Notes: a model not told the origin generated them from the sequence alone. 64,000 nt of DNA from Candidatus Omnitrophota bacterium (GCA_043797125.1 JAZDPX010000006.1:6921-70920), one strand, 5' to 3'. Shown: positions 27,713 to 40,214, counted from the first letter of the stretch. Numbers and translations: made by a program.

Positions 27713-28579
27713 CTACGCCCTCGGGTGCACCTTATCATAAACCTCTTTTAATCTCTCTGTCGTAACATGCGTGTATATCTGCGTTGTCGATAAACTGGAA
27801 TGCCCCAGAAGCTCCTGCACGGAACGCAGGTCCGCGCCCCTGTTTAAAAGATGAGTCGCGAATGAATGCCTCAAGGTGTGAGGCGAGATATTTTCTTTTT
27901 TACAGGTCATTGCGATATATTTGTTAACTATCCGCCTTATTGTGCGGTCTGTCAGCCTTTTACCTTTTTTATTAAGGAACAGCTCTTTCTTGGATGAAAA
28001 CTCATTTTTTAGTTTATCCCGGTATCTTTTTACAGCCAACAGGGCCTTACTGCCTATCGGCACAATTCTTTCCTTTTTGCCTTTTCCGCGCAGCTTCACA
28101 ACCTCACCGACAAAGTCAATATTGTCGATATCTAAGCTGGTCAGCTCCGAAACCCTCATGCCTGAACTGTAAAGAGTTTCCAATACAGCCTTGTTTCTTA
28201 AGCCGGTCAGGTCGCCGGCAGGGGTATCCAACAACCTGGACACCTCGCCTTCTTCTAAAAATGCCGGAAGCTTTTTATCCTTTTTTGGACTGGAAATGCC
28301 GGAGACCGGATTTACCTTAATATATCCTTCCCTCATTAAAAATCTAAAAAAACTTCTTAAGCAGGATATCTTTCTTGCGACAGAGGCCTTGTCCAGATTC
28401 ATGGTGCGAAGGTGCGCAAGGAATTTTCTTATGACAAGATGGTCGACCTCTTCGATTTTTTTCTCGCCAAGGAATTGAGCAAACGCATATAGGTCAATAT
28501 TATAATTTCTTATAGTATGCGGCGAGGCTTCCCTCTCAATCTGCAGGTATCTTATAAATTTATCGATATAGCGTTTCAT
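27713..28579 (-). CDS. xerC: Tyrosine recombinase XerC
   Basis: SAM-like N-domain, [42 protein letters not shown]; dprA-topA-xerC synteny. Confidence 0.9.
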   Translation of the reverse strand: MKRYIDKFIRYLQIEREASPHTIRNYNIDLYAFAQFLGEKKIEEVDHLVIRKFLAHLRTMNLDKASVARKISCLRSFFRFLMREGYIKVNPVSGISSPKKDKKLPAFLEEGEVSRLLDTPAGDLTGLRNKAVLETLYSSGMRVSELTSLDIDNIDFVGEVVKLRGKGKKERIVPIGSKALLAVKRYRDKLKNEFSSKKELFLNKKGKRLTDRTIRRIVNKYIAMTCKKENISPHTLRHSFATHLLNRGADLRSVQELLGHSSLSTTQIYTHVTTERLKEVYDKVHPRA

Positions 28580-28587
28580 GCGCCGGC

Positions 28588-30738
28588 CTAACTCTCTGGT
28601 AACTTCCTAGCGGTATACTTGCAGCTCGGATAATTGGAACAGCCGTAAAATAACCTACCCCTGCCGCGCCTTTCCAGAAGCTCTCCGCTGCAGCCTTCCT
28701 GGGGACATTTAATGCCGGTAGATATCGCTTTCGCGTTTTTGCATTTGGGATAATCGGAGCAGCTTAAGAACCTGCCATACCTGGAATGTTTTATTATCAT
28801 AGGTTTGCAGCATTTATCACATATCTGGTCTGTCTTTTCCTCCTCCAGCACCTCAAAAGAACCGTCGGTATTCTCGTGTATGCGTTTCGCGCTTTTGCAT
28901 TTGGGAAAACCGCTGCAGCTTAAGAACCTGCCCCTTCTTGACCATTTCAAAACCATAGGCCTTTGGCAAAGTTCGCATTTATACTCGGTTGGGACTTGGG
29001 TCTTTCTGATTTCCTGCATCTTTTTCTGGGCAATAACGAGTTTTTCAGAGAAAGGAGAATAAAAGTCCTTCAATACATCCTGCCATTTCATCGAGCCTTC
29101 CTCCACCTTGTCAAGCTCATCCTCCATTTTCGCGGTAAATTTCACGTCGAAGATGCGCGGAAAAAACTCTACCAGCATATCATTAACGGTGAAACCAAGG
29201 TTAGTGGGATAAAGAGCGCCTTTTTCTCTTTTTACATAATGTCTTTGTGTTATTATAAAAATTGTAGGCGCATAAGTACTAGGCCGACCTATGCCCTTTT
29301 CTTCCAATTCCTTTATAAGCGATGCATCTGTATAGCGGGCCGGGGGTTTGGTAAAATGCTGGGTGGGTAAAAGTTTTACAAGATCCAGCTCTTCCTTTAT
29401 CGAAAGTGCGGGGATATTAATGAAATCCGACCTTTCCTCCTTAGGAACCAATGCCAAAAACCCCTCAAAAATAATTTGAGTGCCGACACTTCTGAATAAA
29501 TAATTGTTATGCATCTTTTCTGTGTTATTAGGCGTAGCTGTTATGTCTATACTTTTTACTGACACTATGGCTGCGCTCATTTGGCTTTGCAGAAAACGCT
29601 GCCATATAAGCGTGTATAATTTGTGCTGGTCGCTGTTAAGGAAGCTCTTAATCTTATCAGGATGCCTGAAAACAGAGGTTGGCCTTATGGCTTCGTGCGC
29701 GCCCTGAACCCTTTGCTTGGTCTTAAACTTGTGCGGTACCTTCGGGATGAACTTGCTGCCAAACTCTTTGCTGATATACGAGGCGGCTTCTTTCTGCGCT
29801 GAAATATCAATATGCACCGAGTCCGTTCTCATATAAGTTATGAGGCCTACGCTTCCTTCGCCCTCTATGTCCAGGCCTTCGTATAGCTGCTGCGCCGTGC
29901 GCATTGTGCGCGATGCCGGAAATTTCAGTTTATTATACGCATCCTGCTGCATCTTGCTGGTGGTATAGGGCGGCGCGGGGGTTCTTACCTTTTTGGCCTC
30001 CCTTATATCCGTGACAATAAAATCGCTTTTGCCTATCTCGCCTACTATTAAATCCGCGTTCTCCTTATTGCTTATTTGGGCCTTTTTATCGTCTATCTTT
30101 TCTAATTTTGCGGTGAAAATATCGCCCTTTGCAACCTGCCTTTTCTTAAGACTCGCCTCTATCTCCCAATATTCCTGCGGAATAAATGCCTTGATTGCGT
30201 TTTCCCTTTCCACAATAAGCCTGACAGCAACTGATTGCACCCTGCCCGCGCTTAAGCCAAAACTTATTTTTTTCCACAATAAAGGCGAAATGCTATATCC
30301 TACTATCCTGTCTAAGATGCGCCTGGCTTGCTGGGCATTTACCTTATTCATGTCTATGTCCCGGGGCGCGGAAAAAGCTAAAGCAATGGCATCTTTTGTA
30401 ATCTGGTGAAACTCGACCCGCAGCATCTGGTTATCTTTAGTCTTAAGCTCTTTGGATAAATGCCAGCTTATAGCCTCTCCTTCCCTGTCAGGATCGGTTG
30501 CCAGATATATCTTTGTCTTCTGCTTTGCTTTATTTTTAAGTTCGCTCAGTATTTTTTTGCGCCCTTTTACCACCACATATTCGGGCTTGAAGTTATTTTC
30601 TATATCCACCCCCATCTTGCTGTGAGGCAAATCCATTAAATGGCCCATTGAAGAAGTCACCTCGTAGGCGTCTCCTAAAAATTTACTTATTGTTCTGCCC
30701 TTCGTCGGAGATTCTACTATCACGAGTGATTTTGACAT
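28588..30738 (-). CDS. topA: DNA topoisomerase I
   Basis: [42 protein letters not shown]; C-terminal zinc ribbons. Confidence 0.97.
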   Translation of the reverse strand: MSKSLVIVESPTKGRTISKFLGDAYEVTSSMGHLMDLPHSKMGVDIENNFKPEYVVVKGRKKILSELKNKAKQKTKIYLATDPDREGEAISWHLSKELKTKDNQMLRVEFHQITKDAIALAFSAPRDIDMNKVNAQQARRILDRIVGYSISPLLWKKISFGLSAGRVQSVAVRLIVERENAIKAFIPQEYWEIEASLKKRQVAKGDIFTAKLEKIDDKKAQISNKENADLIVGEIGKSDFIVTDIREAKKVRTPAPPYTTSKMQQDAYNKLKFPASRTMRTAQQLYEGLDIEGEGSVGLITYMRTDSVHIDISAQKEAASYISKEFGSKFIPKVPHKFKTKQRVQGAHEAIRPTSVFRHPDKIKSFLNSDQHKLYTLIWQRFLQSQMSAAIVSVKSIDITATPNNTEKMHNNYLFRSVGTQIIFEGFLALVPKEERSDFINIPALSIKEELDLVKLLPTQHFTKPPARYTDASLIKELEEKGIGRPSTYAPTIFIITQRHYVKREKGALYPTNLGFTVNDMLVEFFPRIFDVKFTAKMEDELDKVEEGSMKWQDVLKDFYSPFSEKLVIAQKKMQEIRKTQVPTEYKCELCQRPMVLKWSRRGRFLSCSGFPKCKSAKRIHENTDGSFEVLEEEKTDQICDKCCKPMIIKHSRYGRFLSCSDYPKCKNAKAISTGIKCPQEGCSGELLERRGRGRLFYGCSNYPSCKYTARKLPES

Positions 30739-30746
30739 TATTTCTC

Positions 30747-31796
30747 CTATACCCTCACATACAATTTTCCTGGCAGCTGCTTCACTAATCCCGTCATTTC
30801 AAGATTTAATAAACTTAAACACGCCTTCTGTGAATTTAGGCTAAGCCCTTCTATCAAACTGTCTATTGTCACAGGCGTATCGGAAAGGGCTTTATAAATT
30901 ACTTTGTCTTCTTCCGAAATATTAGAAAGAAGATGCTCCTTTTCCAGTTCTTTCTTATCTTTGGCAGAAAAATCTCTCAATAATTCCGGGAACAGCTCTT
31001 CGATGATATCGGATGCGTCCAAAGTCAGCTTTGCCCCTTGTTTTATTAGGTTATTGCACCCTAAAGATGTGTCTGAATCAGCATTTGCGCAAACCGCAAA
31101 AACATCTTTTCCCTGCTTTAACGCAAAATCAGCTGTTATTAAAGCGCCGCTTTTTTCCGGGGCCTCTACCACAAGCACGCCTTTTGATAAGCCGCTTATT
31201 ATCCTGTTTCTGCGCGGAAAATTTTCCTTTAAAGGCGGGGTGTCCATGGGAAATTCAGATATCAAAGCCCCGTTTAATTGAATCTCGTCCGACAGCTTCC
31301 TGTTTTCCGGAGGATATATATTATTTAACCCGCTTCCCAAGACTGCTATTGTTTTCGCGCCTTGCGCAAGCGCCTGTTTATGGGCAACAGTATCTATGCC
31401 CCTGGCCAAGCCCGAACAAATGGTTATGCCTAATTTTGCCAACACGGCGCAGATGCGCTTGGTCATCCTTATGCCATATTGCGTGCAGCTGCGCGAACCT
31501 ACAACAGCCAATGAATTCTTTGTTATGTTTTCAATATTTCCCTTTACATATAAAACTATCGGCGGGCTGCTGATGTTTTTCAAGGTATCCGGATACTCTT
31601 TATCAAAAATAGTGATTATCTTCACATGCTCTTTTTTAATAAGGTCCAATTCTTTCTGCAGGTTAAAGGCTGCCTTTGCCCTTAAGATATCATTCTCAAG
31701 AGGCCTGGCGATACCGTTATCGGAATCCGATAATTTTTTATAACCAAAGTCCGGTAAGCTGTTAAGGAGTATAAGGTCGTTTGCGGAAATTTTCAC
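30747..31796 (-). CDS. dprA: DNA processing protein DprA
   Basis: AVVGSR, SGLARGIDTVAH, FPRRNRIISGLS, SGALITA; GTG start at 31796 with AAAGGA SD. Confidence 0.95.
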   Translation of the reverse strand: MKISANDLILLNSLPDFGYKKLSDSDNGIARPLENDILRAKAAFNLQKELDLIKKEHVKIITIFDKEYPDTLKNISSPPIVLYVKGNIENITKNSLAVVGSRSCTQYGIRMTKRICAVLAKLGITICSGLARGIDTVAHKQALAQGAKTIAVLGSGLNNIYPPENRKLSDEIQLNGALISEFPMDTPPLKENFPRRNRIISGLSKGVLVVEAPEKSGALITADFALKQGKDVFAVCANADSDTSLGCNNLIKQGAKLTLDASDIIEELFPELLRDFSAKDKKELEKEHLLSNISEEDKVIYKALSDTPVTIDSLIEGLSLNSQKACLSLLNLEMTGLVKQLPGKLYVRV

Positions 31797-31837
31797 CGCT
31801 AATCCTTTTCTAAGATAACGCCAAAAATCTTGCTGAC

Positions 31838-31934
31838 TTTTTGCACAGATAATCACAGATTAGAAGATACAGATGATCGCAGATTTTATATCTGTGATCA
31901 TCTTGTATCCTTTCATCTGTGCTAATCTGTGTAT
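31838..31934. repeat. CAGATGATCGCAGAT-type palindromic element, copy 2
   Basis: Same units as 20373-20498. Confidence 0.9.
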
Positions 31935-31957
31935 ACATAAATGACCAACATGATTTT

Positions 31958-32476
31958 TTACAGTACCTTTTCTAATGATGCCATATATTCAATAATTTTC
32001 TGCGCTGCTTCTTCCGGTGTAAGGTTGGTTGTATCAAGTATATGGTCTGCTCTTTTATAAAATTTTTCACGCTCGTTAAGCAGCTGTTCAATCTTCGCTT
32101 TTGGATCGGTAACATTAAGCAGCGGCCTGTCGTTTGTGCGGCTTGTCCTCTGGATAATAGCATCGACGGAGGCTGTCAGGCAAAATATCACGCCGCGCTC
32201 TTTAAGGCGCTTGAGATTATCCTCGTTTATTATTGCGCCGCCGCCTGCGTCAATTATTACATTTTTATCTTTTGCCGCAGCCGCCACCATCTGGGACTCT
32301 ATTTTTCTAAAGTAACCCTCACCATTGTCTTTGAATATTTCGGCAATGGGTTTGCCTGTTTTCCACTGGATCATATCATCCAGGCAAAGGCGCTGGCGCT
32401 TCAGCTTCTCGGCCAAAATCTTTCCTATAACTGTCTTGCCGGTTCCCATAAAACCGGTTAATATTATGTTTTTCAT
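31958..32476 (-). CDS. aroK: Shikimate kinase
   Basis: GFMGTGKT, GEGYFR, AGGG, RPLL. Confidence 0.95.
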   Translation of the reverse strand: MKNIILTGFMGTGKTVIGKILAEKLKRQRLCLDDMIQWKTGKPIAEIFKDNGEGYFRKIESQMVAAAAKDKNVIIDAGGGAIINEDNLKRLKERGVIFCLTASVDAIIQRTSRTNDRPLLNVTDPKAKIEQLLNEREKFYKRADHILDTTNLTPEEAAQKIIEYMASLEKVL

Positions 32477-32506
32477 GGAATATTCGCCGCCATGAGGCGG
32501 CTCCTA

Positions 32507-33628
32507 CTAAAACCTCTTCACTTGTTCAATATACCCTAAATAATTTCTCTTAATCTCCGTCAATGAGTCGGAACCGAATTTTTCTAAAAAGGCGCCTGCG
32601 AGCACGATTGCGGCAACATTCTCGGCTACTACGCCGGCGGCGAAAAGAGCGCAAGTATCCGAACGCTCTGTTGCTGCCCGCTGCGGATTTTTGGTTTTTA
32701 TATTTACTGAATCAAGCGGGTTCATTAAGGTGGATATGGGTTTCATAACGCAACTTACGCGAATTGGTTCGCCGTTGGTCATGCCGCCTTCTATGCCGCC
32801 TGCATTATTCGTCTTTCTCAAGAAACGCCCATTTTTAAAATATATCGCGTCGTGGAACCTGCTTCCTCTTAACGACGACGCTTCAAAACCTCTGCCGAAT
32901 GATATTGCCTTTATCGCCTGTATTGAAAACAGTTCAAGCCCCAGGCGAGCATCCAGCTTTTTCTCTCGATCCATGCAGCTGCCCAGGCCTGCGGGCACGC
33001 CAAGAGCTATAACCTCAAAAATTCCGCCTACAGTATCGCCTTCGGCCTTTGCCTTGTCTATCGCCTTTTTCATAAGCGCTTGGGCATTTTTATCCGCGCA
33101 AGAGAGCTCTGATTTCTGTATCAATGTCTTTATTTTTATCGGAGTCAAATCATCAACCTTCGCCTCTACGCCGGCCAAGGCCTTTATGTGGCTAAGCAGG
33201 TCTATACTAAATAAGGATAAAAATTGCCTGCACACGCTGCCAACCGCTACTCTTGCAGCGGTTTCGCGCGCGCTGGCGCGTTCTAATATATCCCTGGCAT
33301 CCTGCGTATTATATTTAAGCATGCCTGCCAAATCCGCGTGCCCCGGGCGCGGGCAAATTACAGGCGCCAAAGTATCCAAACTTTTATCCTTGTTATCAAT
33401 AACAAGCGTTATGGGGCTTGCTATAGTAAGGCCTTTTCTTAATCCGGATAAAATCCTGACTTTGTCAGATTCTATCTGCATCCTTTTGCCCCTGCCGTAA
33501 CCTGACTGGCGCCTTTTAAGCTGCTCGTTTATTAAATCCGGATTTATTCTTACGCCATGCGGCATGCCTTGCAATATGGCAACCAGACAACTCCCGTGCG
33601 ATTCACCAGCAGTCATGTATTTTAGCAT
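32507..33628 (-). CDS. aroC: Chorismate synthase
   Basis: TAGESHG, PRPGHADL, ERASARETA, NNAGGIEGG, MKPISTL, ERSD. Confidence 0.97.
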   Translation of the reverse strand: MLKYMTAGESHGSCLVAILQGMPHGVRINPDLINEQLKRRQSGYGRGKRMQIESDKVRILSGLRKGLTIASPITLVIDNKDKSLDTLAPVICPRPGHADLAGMLKYNTQDARDILERASARETAARVAVGSVCRQFLSLFSIDLLSHIKALAGVEAKVDDLTPIKIKTLIQKSELSCADKNAQALMKKAIDKAKAEGDTVGGIFEVIALGVPAGLGSCMDREKKLDARLGLELFSIQAIKAISFGRGFEASSLRGSRFHDAIYFKNGRFLRKTNNAGGIEGGMTNGEPIRVSCVMKPISTLMNPLDSVNIKTKNPQRAATERSDTCALFAAGVVAENVAAIVLAGAFLEKFGSDSLTEIKRNYLGYIEQVKRF

Positions 33629-33660
33629 AGTGACCTCCAGAATTTTCGAAGAAAATTTTG

Positions 33661-34425
33661 TTAAAAAAACAAATACCCCAAAATATTCCTGCCCCAGAAT
33701 ACGACAACAACGGTTGCTAAAGACAAATACGGGCCGTATGGAATTATCTCAACCTTATACTTTATTTTCATAATAATGCCGACAACAGAACCAAAAAACG
33801 GGGCAATAAAAAATACAAGAAGCGCGTATTTCCATCCCAAGAACGCGCCAACCATTGCCATTAATTTTATATCCCCTCCGCCCATAGCGTCTTTTTTATA
33901 TATAAGCTTGCCGATTACGCCTATAACGTATATGGACGCGCCTGCAATAACGAGCCCCAGTATGGATTTAATAAGGCCCATATACCACAGATGCTGCTTT
34001 TGCAGCGCTGGCCATATCGCGCTAAATATCAAACCCAGAACCATTCCCGAATACGTAATCTCATCAGGTATAATCTGGTGTTTAAAATCAACAAATGTAG
34101 CTACGATAAGCCCGCCAAAAAGTATGGAATACACAAAAAACTTGATATGAGGCCCGAACACCTTATAGGTTATTGCTAATAAAACCGCTGTTAAAATTTC
34201 TACTATTATATATCGCGGGGAAATCAATTTTTTGCAAAAGCGGCACTTTCCTCTTAATAATATATAACTTACGACAGGGATATTATCCCGCCATGGGATA
34301 GGGGTTTTGCATTCAGGGCAATGGGAAGCAGGCATTACAATAGACTCTTCTTTTGGCATGCGGTATATGCATACGTTTAAGAAGCTGCCGATTATAAGGC
34401 CGAATATAAAAATTAAAAAAATCAT
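33661..34425 (-). CDS. pilD: Prepilin peptidase (A24A)
   Basis: GSFLNVCIYRMP, CPEC/CRFC, MGGGDIKL, PYGPYL. Confidence 0.95.
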   Translation of the reverse strand: MIFLIFIFGLIIGSFLNVCIYRMPKEESIVMPASHCPECKTPIPWRDNIPVVSYILLRGKCRFCKKLISPRYIIVEILTAVLLAITYKVFGPHIKFFVYSILFGGLIVATFVDFKHQIIPDEITYSGMVLGLIFSAIWPALQKQHLWYMGLIKSILGLVIAGASIYVIGVIGKLIYKKDAMGGGDIKLMAMVGAFLGWKYALLVFFIAPFFGSVVGIIMKIKYKVEIIPYGPYLSLATVVVVFWGRNILGYLFF

Positions 34426-35267
34426 ATATGTCTCTCCAACGCCTGCTTCATTACCTCAACAGGGGCTTTTCTACGCGTCCATAACTTAAACGCCTCAGCC
34501 CCCTGATAAAGCAGCATTCCTAAGCCATTGGCGGCATTTACGCCCTTTGCTTTAGCGGCTTTAACGAGTTTTGTCGGAGACGGATTATATACTAAATCAT
34601 AAACAGCAAGCCCTTTGCGTAAAAGTTTTGGATTAATCGGCAAGGGGTCTGTCTTTTTCATGCCCAGCGGAGTGGCATTGACGATTAAATCAGCGCGACT
34701 TGTGACGTTGTGACTTTGTGACGTGGTGACCACTTCAATTAAACATTTCGGGAAATTTTTCCGGATATTTCTTGCCAAAGAAACCGCCTTGCTTTTAATT
34801 ACATCCACGATAAAAATCTCGCGAGCGCCTTCCTTTGCCAGCGCAAAACAAACAGCCCTGGCAGCGCCGCCTGCTCCCAACACAAATACGCTTTTACCTT
34901 TTGGCGAAAACCCGAGGTCAGCTTTAAGGCTCTTTATAAAACCTGCTGCGTCTGTGTTGTAACCGGAGAGTTTGTTCTTTTTAAGTACTACGGTGTTTAC
35001 AGCGCCAATCATGGAAACCAGCTTATCTATTCTGTCGAGATAGCGCATGCAGCTGGTCTTAAAAGGTATGGTAACATTAAAGCCGCAGATACCGGCTGTC
35101 TTGAGCGTGTTTATCGCGCTTTTTAAATTTTTCGGCTCTACGGATAACGGTAAATATATAGCCTTTATCTTTAATTTAGAAAAGGCGTCATTGTGCATAT
35201 ACGGCGACAGCGTATGCCCTAGCGGATACCCGATGACCCCATATATTTTTAATTTTGAATTTTGCAT
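34422..35267 (-). CDS. aroE: Shikimate dehydrogenase
   Basis: HTLSPYMHN, GFNVTIPFK, GAVNT, NTDAAG, GAGGAA, NATPLGM, GLGMLLYQG. Confidence 0.95.
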   Translation of the reverse strand: MQNSKLKIYGVIGYPLGHTLSPYMHNDAFSKLKIKAIYLPLSVEPKNLKSAINTLKTAGICGFNVTIPFKTSCMRYLDRIDKLVSMIGAVNTVVLKKNKLSGYNTDAAGFIKSLKADLGFSPKGKSVFVLGAGGAARAVCFALAKEGAREIFIVDVIKSKAVSLARNIRKNFPKCLIEVVTTSQSHNVTSRADLIVNATPLGMKKTDPLPINPKLLRKGLAVYDLVYNPSPTKLVKAAKAKGVNAANGLGMLLYQGAEAFKLWTRRKAPVEVMKQALERHI

Positions 35268-35275
35268 TTTAAACT

Positions 35276-35381
35276 TTATCCGCCTTCGCTGTTAATGAGA
35301 ACTTCATAGTAGATATGCTTCGGCGGATAACCCGCCGTAGGCTATCTACTACGAGCCCACCCGATACACGAAGGCGGGTTA
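35276..35381. repeat. Nested REP-like hairpin between leuA and aroE
   Basis: CCGCCTTCG/CGAAGGCGG outer stem, TAGTAGATA/TATCTACTA middle stem, CGGCGG/CCGCCG inner stem. Confidence 0.75.
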
Positions 35382-36911
35382 AGTGCATTGTTTGAGCTTT
35401 GGCTCGTGCCCGGAAACGATTTTGTTCATGGCATTAAGATATGCCTTAACGCTGGCTTCTATTATATCGGTGCTTGTGCCGCGGCCTGTAACCATATCGT
35501 CTTTTATCTGCACCTTTACAGACACTTCTCCTAATGCATCCTTGCCGCTTGTGATGGAGCGGATGGAATAATCCTTAAGCTTTCCTGTGATACGAGTTAC
35601 CTTGTCTATTGCCTTATAACAGGCGTCAACAGGCCCGTCCCCGGCAGCTTCTGTATCTATTATATTTTTATCTGCCTTGATTTTTAATTTTGCATACGGG
35701 GTATCTTTGGTCCCGCCCTGCACATAAAAATATAAGAGCTTATATCTTTCGGTAACTACTATTAACTCATCCTCGATAATGGCCTTCAGGTCTTCGTCAA
35801 AAATTGTCTTTTTCTTATCAGCCAAAACCTTAAAACGGTTAAAGGCATTATCGAGTTCCTTATCGCTGAGTTTGTACCCTAATTTTTCAAACCGCTTGCT
35901 AAGGGCATGCCTGCCTGAATGCTTTCCCAGGACAAGCCTGGTTTCTCCGAAGCCGACATCCTCGGGCCTCATAATTTCATATGTAATGGCCTTCTTTAAA
36001 ATTCCGTCCTGGTGTATCCCGGCCTCATGGCTGAAGGCATTCATTCCGACAACTGCCTTGTTAGGCTGGACATTGATGCCTGTAAGCCTGCTTACCATGC
36101 GGGATGTTTCGCTAAGCAATTTTGTATCAATGCCGGTGTTCAGATTGAAAAAATCTTTTCTGGTCTTAATCGCCATCACAACTTCTTCCAAAGAGGCGTT
36201 GCCCGCGCGTTCGCCTATGCCGTTAATGCAGCATTCTATCTGGCGCGCCCCGTTTTTAACGGCGCTCAATGAATTGGAAACAGAAAGCCCCAGGTCATTA
36301 TGGCAATGGACGCTTATAACAGCCTTGTTTATATTCGGAACGTTGTTTATAATACCGTGTATAAGTTTGCCGAATTCATCGGGTATGGCATAACCAACCG
36401 TATCGGGTATATTTACCGTTTTTGCGCCCGCATTAATAACAGCCTCCACCACTTTATAAAGAAATTCTTTTTCTGTTCTTGACGCGTCTTCAGGCGAAAA
36501 TTCAACATCATCCACAAGCGTCTTTGCGTATCTCACCGCGTCTTGCGCCTGTTTTAGAATTTCTTCCTCTGCCTTTTTTAGTTTATATTTCATATGAATC
36601 TTTGAGGTTGCTAAAAATACATGTATGCGCCCGCGTTTAGCAAAACGCACAGCTTCGAAAGCTGCGTCTATGTCTTTTTTAAGAGAGCGCGCAAGAGCGC
36701 ATATAACAGGGCCTTTTACCTTTTTTGCAATCTGTTTAACTGCCTCAAGGTCATCCGGAGAAGCAATGGGAAACCCGGCTTCTATTACATCCACCCCAAG
36801 CCTTGCAAGCTGATACGCAATCTCCAGCTTCTCATTCTTCTGAAGGCTCGCCCCCGGAGACTGCTCCCCGTCTCTTAGTGTCGTATCGAATATTGTCACA
36901 TTATCGCTCAT
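35379..36911 (-). CDS. leuA: 2-isopropylmalate synthase
   Basis: DTTLRDGEQSPG, HCHNDLG, GERAGN, HEAGIHQDG; C-terminal regulatory domain. Confidence 0.96.
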   Translation of the reverse strand: MSDNVTIFDTTLRDGEQSPGASLQKNEKLEIAYQLARLGVDVIEAGFPIASPDDLEAVKQIAKKVKGPVICALARSLKKDIDAAFEAVRFAKRGRIHVFLATSKIHMKYKLKKAEEEILKQAQDAVRYAKTLVDDVEFSPEDASRTEKEFLYKVVEAVINAGAKTVNIPDTVGYAIPDEFGKLIHGIINNVPNINKAVISVHCHNDLGLSVSNSLSAVKNGARQIECCINGIGERAGNASLEEVVMAIKTRKDFFNLNTGIDTKLLSETSRMVSRLTGINVQPNKAVVGMNAFSHEAGIHQDGILKKAITYEIMRPEDVGFGETRLVLGKHSGRHALSKRFEKLGYKLSDKELDNAFNRFKVLADKKKTIFDEDLKAIIEDELIVVTERYKLLYFYVQGGTKDTPYAKLKIKADKNIIDTEAAGDGPVDACYKAIDKVTRITGKLKDYSIRSITSGKDALGEVSVKVQIKDDMVTGRGTSTDIIEASVKAYLNAMNKIVSGHEPKLKQCT

Positions 36912-36912
36912 G

Positions 36913-37905
36913 CTATTTCCTCATCCACGGCATCATTTCTCTTAGCTGCTGGCCTACCTTTTCTATTTTGTGCTCATCGCCGGCTTTTAAAAGCCTGTCA
37001 AAATTCTGGCGGCCTGTTTCATTTTCTTTAATCCACTCTCTTGCAAATTTACCGGACTTAATATCTTTAAGCATCTTCTGCATTGTCTTGCGGGTTTTAG
37101 CTGTAATAATCATGGGCCCGCGCGTTAAATCGCCGTAGCAGGCAGTATTGGAAACCCTCCTGCGCATTCCTGAAATACCGGTTTCCTGAATTAAATCCGT
37201 GATGAGTTTAAGCTCATGCAAAACCTCAAAATAGGCAATCTCCGGCTGATACCCTGCTTCCATTAACGTGTCAAATCCCGCTTTAATTAATTCCGTTACC
37301 CCGCCGCAAAGCACTGCCTGCTCGCCGAATAAATCTGTCTCTGTCTCTTCATCGAAAGTAGTTTCAATAACTCCGGCGCGCGTTGCGCCTATAGCTTTAG
37401 CATAAGCTAACCCGATTTGCTTTGCATTGCCTGTAGCATCCTGGAATATCGCCAAAAGGCACGGTACGCCTTTTCCCTCTTCATACATGCGCCTTACTAA
37501 AGCCCCCGGGCCTTTTGGCGCGACCATAAACACATCAACGTTCTTTGGGGGCTTAATCTGTTTAAAACGTATGTTAAAACCATGCGAAAAACAAAGAGCC
37601 TTACCTTTTTTTAGATTCGGTTTAATGTTTTCCTTATACACCTTTGCCTGGACATGGTCTTGCGTAAGTATCTGTATAATATCCGCCTGCTTAGCTGCTT
37701 CGTCGACGGAAACAGGATTAAATCCGTCTTTTTTCGCCTGCTCGAAATTCGGAGTGCCTGCAAGTTCGGAAACAACCACCTTGCACCCGGAATCCTTTAA
37801 ACAAAGCGCCTGGCCCCTGCCCTGGATGCCGTAACCTATAATTGCAATTGTTTTGTCTTTTATAATATTTAAATCCGCGTCCTTGTCGTAATAAATCTTA
37901 GCCAT
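36913..37905 (-). CDS. ilvC: Ketol-acid reductoisomerase
   Basis: [33 protein letters not shown]. Confidence 0.97.
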   Translation of the reverse strand: MAKIYYDKDADLNIIKDKTIAIIGYGIQGRGQALCLKDSGCKVVVSELAGTPNFEQAKKDGFNPVSVDEAAKQADIIQILTQDHVQAKVYKENIKPNLKKGKALCFSHGFNIRFKQIKPPKNVDVFMVAPKGPGALVRRMYEEGKGVPCLLAIFQDATGNAKQIGLAYAKAIGATRAGVIETTFDEETETDLFGEQAVLCGGVTELIKAGFDTLMEAGYQPEIAYFEVLHELKLITDLIQETGISGMRRRVSNTACYGDLTRGPMIITAKTRKTMQKMLKDIKSGKFAREWIKENETGRQNFDRLLKAGDEHKIEKVGQQLREMMPWMRK

Positions 37906-37918
37906 TTGTTCTCCTCTC

Positions 37919-38392
37919 TTAATATGCTAATGCAATTCTTCCTGTTCGCGCTAATTCCTTAATCCCATATTGATCCAGCGCCGTAAGCAAAGCCTTTATC
38001 TGCTGCTGGTCACCAACCGCTTCAATGATGGCTGTATCGCCCTTATGCTGAATGGCCTTGCCCACATATTTATTTAATATTGCTTCTAATTTCGGCTTAA
38101 TTTTTGCTGAATAACTCACCTTCACCAGAATCAGTTCGCGGTCAACATGTTCCTTCTTCGTAAAATCCGTAACCGTAATTACGTCGATAAGCTTGTTGAG
38201 CTGCTTTTTTATCTGCTCCAGTATGTTTTCGTTTTCTGCCTCTACCACGATGGTCATATAAGAAACGCACGGGTCCAGTGTTTCGCTCACTGCCAAAGAG
38301 GCGATATTATACCCTCGCGCGCTGAATAATCCTGAAACGCGCGCCAGCACGCCGAATTTATTTTCCACTAATACAGAAATCGTATGTCTCAC
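37919..38392 (-). CDS. ilvN: Acetolactate synthase small subunit
   Basis: ACT domain [22 protein letters not shown]; KQLNKLIDV; ELARTG. Confidence 0.95.
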   Translation of the reverse strand: MRHTISVLVENKFGVLARVSGLFSARGYNIASLAVSETLDPCVSYMTIVVEAENENILEQIKKQLNKLIDVITVTDFTKKEHVDRELILVKVSYSAKIKPKLEAILNKYVGKAIQHKGDTAIIEAVGDQQQIKALLTALDQYGIKELARTGRIALAY

Positions 38393-38419
38393 ATCTAGCT
38401 CCGTTTCACTTTTTAAGCC

Positions 38420-40090
38420 TTAAGCCAGGCCCTGGATTATCTGGTTTATTGCCTGGCCGGCAGGCACCATCGGAAAAACGTTTTCCTCGGGCTCAACCTT
38501 AAAATCAATTAACACGGTGTTATCTATGCTAAGCGCCTTTTCGATAGCTGTGCGCACCTGTTCTTTTTTAGTTACCCGCATGCCTGCTGCGCCGTAACTT
38601 TCCGCCAGTTTTACAAAATCCGGATTATATAAACTGACCTGGGAATAGCGTTTTTTATAAAATAATTCCTGCCACTGCCTGACCATCCCCAGATAACCGT
38701 TATTTAATATCGCAACCTTGACATTGATTTTATTAAAGACACAAGTAGCTAATTCCTGGATATTCATCTGTATTGAGCCGTCGCCCGCAATATCAAACAC
38801 CGTCTTTTTCGGGCATCCCAATTTAGCGCCCATTGCCGCAGGAAGGCCAAACCCCATGGTGCCTAACCCTCCCGATGAAATAAAGGTCCTGGGCTGATTA
38901 TATTTATACCACTGGCATGCCCACATCTGATTTTGTCCAACCTCCGTCACTATAACAGCGTCTCCCTTTGTAATGTCATAAATCTGCTCGATAACATACT
39001 GAGGTTTAATAATACCGTCATCTTTATAAGCTAAGGGGTGTTTTTTCTTCCACGCTTTTATTGTCTTTAACCAGTCCGTAGTATCCGGAGCCTTTTTAAT
39101 CTCCTCCAATAGCTGCCCTAAGATATTTTTAGCGTCGCCTACTATAGGAATATCAACTTTAACGTTTTTGCTTATTGATGACGGGTCAATGTCTATGTGT
39201 ATGACTTTGGCTGAAGGCGCAAATGCATCAAGCCTGCCTGTAACGCGGTCGTCAAAACGCGCGCCAACAGCAATAATAAGGTCAGATTCCATAATCGCGT
39301 GATTGGCAAAAGCTGTCCCATGCATGCCCAGCATGCCTAAGGAAAGCTCATGCTCACCCGGAAACCCGCCCAAGCCCATCAAAGTTGTAGTTACCGGAGC
39401 GTGTATTTTCTCGGCTAATTCTTTTAATTTAATATTCGCGCCTGAAGTAATAACTCCGCCGCCTGCATATATGATAGGCCTTTTGCTCGCTGCGATTAAC
39501 CTCACAGCCTTTTTAATCTGGCCCGGGTGGCCGAAAAGCGTAGGTTTATACCCTTTAATTTTTATTTCTTCCGGCCAGATAAATTCTACCTCCTGCAATT
39601 GCACATCAGAAGGTATATCAATTAAAACCGGGCCCGGCCTGCCGCTGGAAGCAATATAAAACGCTTCTCTTACAATTCTGGCCAGGTCATTGGCGTCTTT
39701 GACCAAAAAATTATGTTTGGTAATCGGCCGCGTAATTCCGGTAACATCCGCTTCCTGAAATGCGTCGTTACCGATAAGGAATGTCTTCACCTGGCCTGTA
39801 ATAGCGACCATAGGAATGGAATCCATATATGCATTAGCAATACCGGTTGTTAAATTAGTGGCCCCTGGCCCGGATGTGGCAAGGCAGACTCCAACCTTGC
39901 CTGTCGCGCGGCTATAACCGTCTGCAGCGTGAGCAGCGCCTTGTTCATGGCGCACCAGGATAAACTTAAAATCAGCGTCGTAAAGTTTATCAAATATAGG
40001 CAGAACCTGGCCCCCGGGATAACCAAAAATTATTTCAACGCCTTCCCTTTTCAGCGATTCTATTAATATCCCCGCTCCTGTGAGTTTCAT
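38420..40090 (-). CDS. ilvB: Acetolactate synthase large subunit
   Basis: [42 protein letters not shown]. Confidence 0.97.
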   Translation of the reverse strand: MKLTGAGILIESLKREGVEIIFGYPGGQVLPIFDKLYDADFKFILVRHEQGAAHAADGYSRATGKVGVCLATSGPGATNLTTGIANAYMDSIPMVAITGQVKTFLIGNDAFQEADVTGITRPITKHNFLVKDANDLARIVREAFYIASSGRPGPVLIDIPSDVQLQEVEFIWPEEIKIKGYKPTLFGHPGQIKKAVRLIAASKRPIIYAGGGVITSGANIKLKELAEKIHAPVTTTLMGLGGFPGEHELSLGMLGMHGTAFANHAIMESDLIIAVGARFDDRVTGRLDAFAPSAKVIHIDIDPSSISKNVKVDIPIVGDAKNILGQLLEEIKKAPDTTDWLKTIKAWKKKHPLAYKDDGIIKPQYVIEQIYDITKGDAVIVTEVGQNQMWACQWYKYNQPRTFISSGGLGTMGFGLPAAMGAKLGCPKKTVFDIAGDGSIQMNIQELATCVFNKINVKVAILNNGYLGMVRQWQELFYKKRYSQVSLYNPDFVKLAESYGAAGMRVTKKEQVRTAIEKALSIDNTVLIDFKVEPEENVFPMVPAGQAINQIIQGLA

Positions 40091-40110
40091 ATTCGTCGCT
40101 TCGCTCCTTG

Positions 40111-40214
40111 TTGCGCAGATGATCGCAGATTATAAGACGCGGATGATCGCAGATAAATTCTTACAACATCTGTGATCATCTTGTATCTTTTAATCTGTGC
40201 TAATCTGTGTAAAA
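40111..40214. repeat. CAGATGATCGCAGAT-type palindromic element, copy 3
   Basis: Same units as 20373-20498. Confidence 0.9.

Noticed and set aside
27713-28579. xerC as an integron integrase driving the neighbouring cassette-like array
   Set aside because: It lacks the IntI-specific insertion before the HxLRH box, sits in the housekeeping dprA-topA-xerC context, and the repeats lack attC RYYYAAC/GTTRRRY ends.
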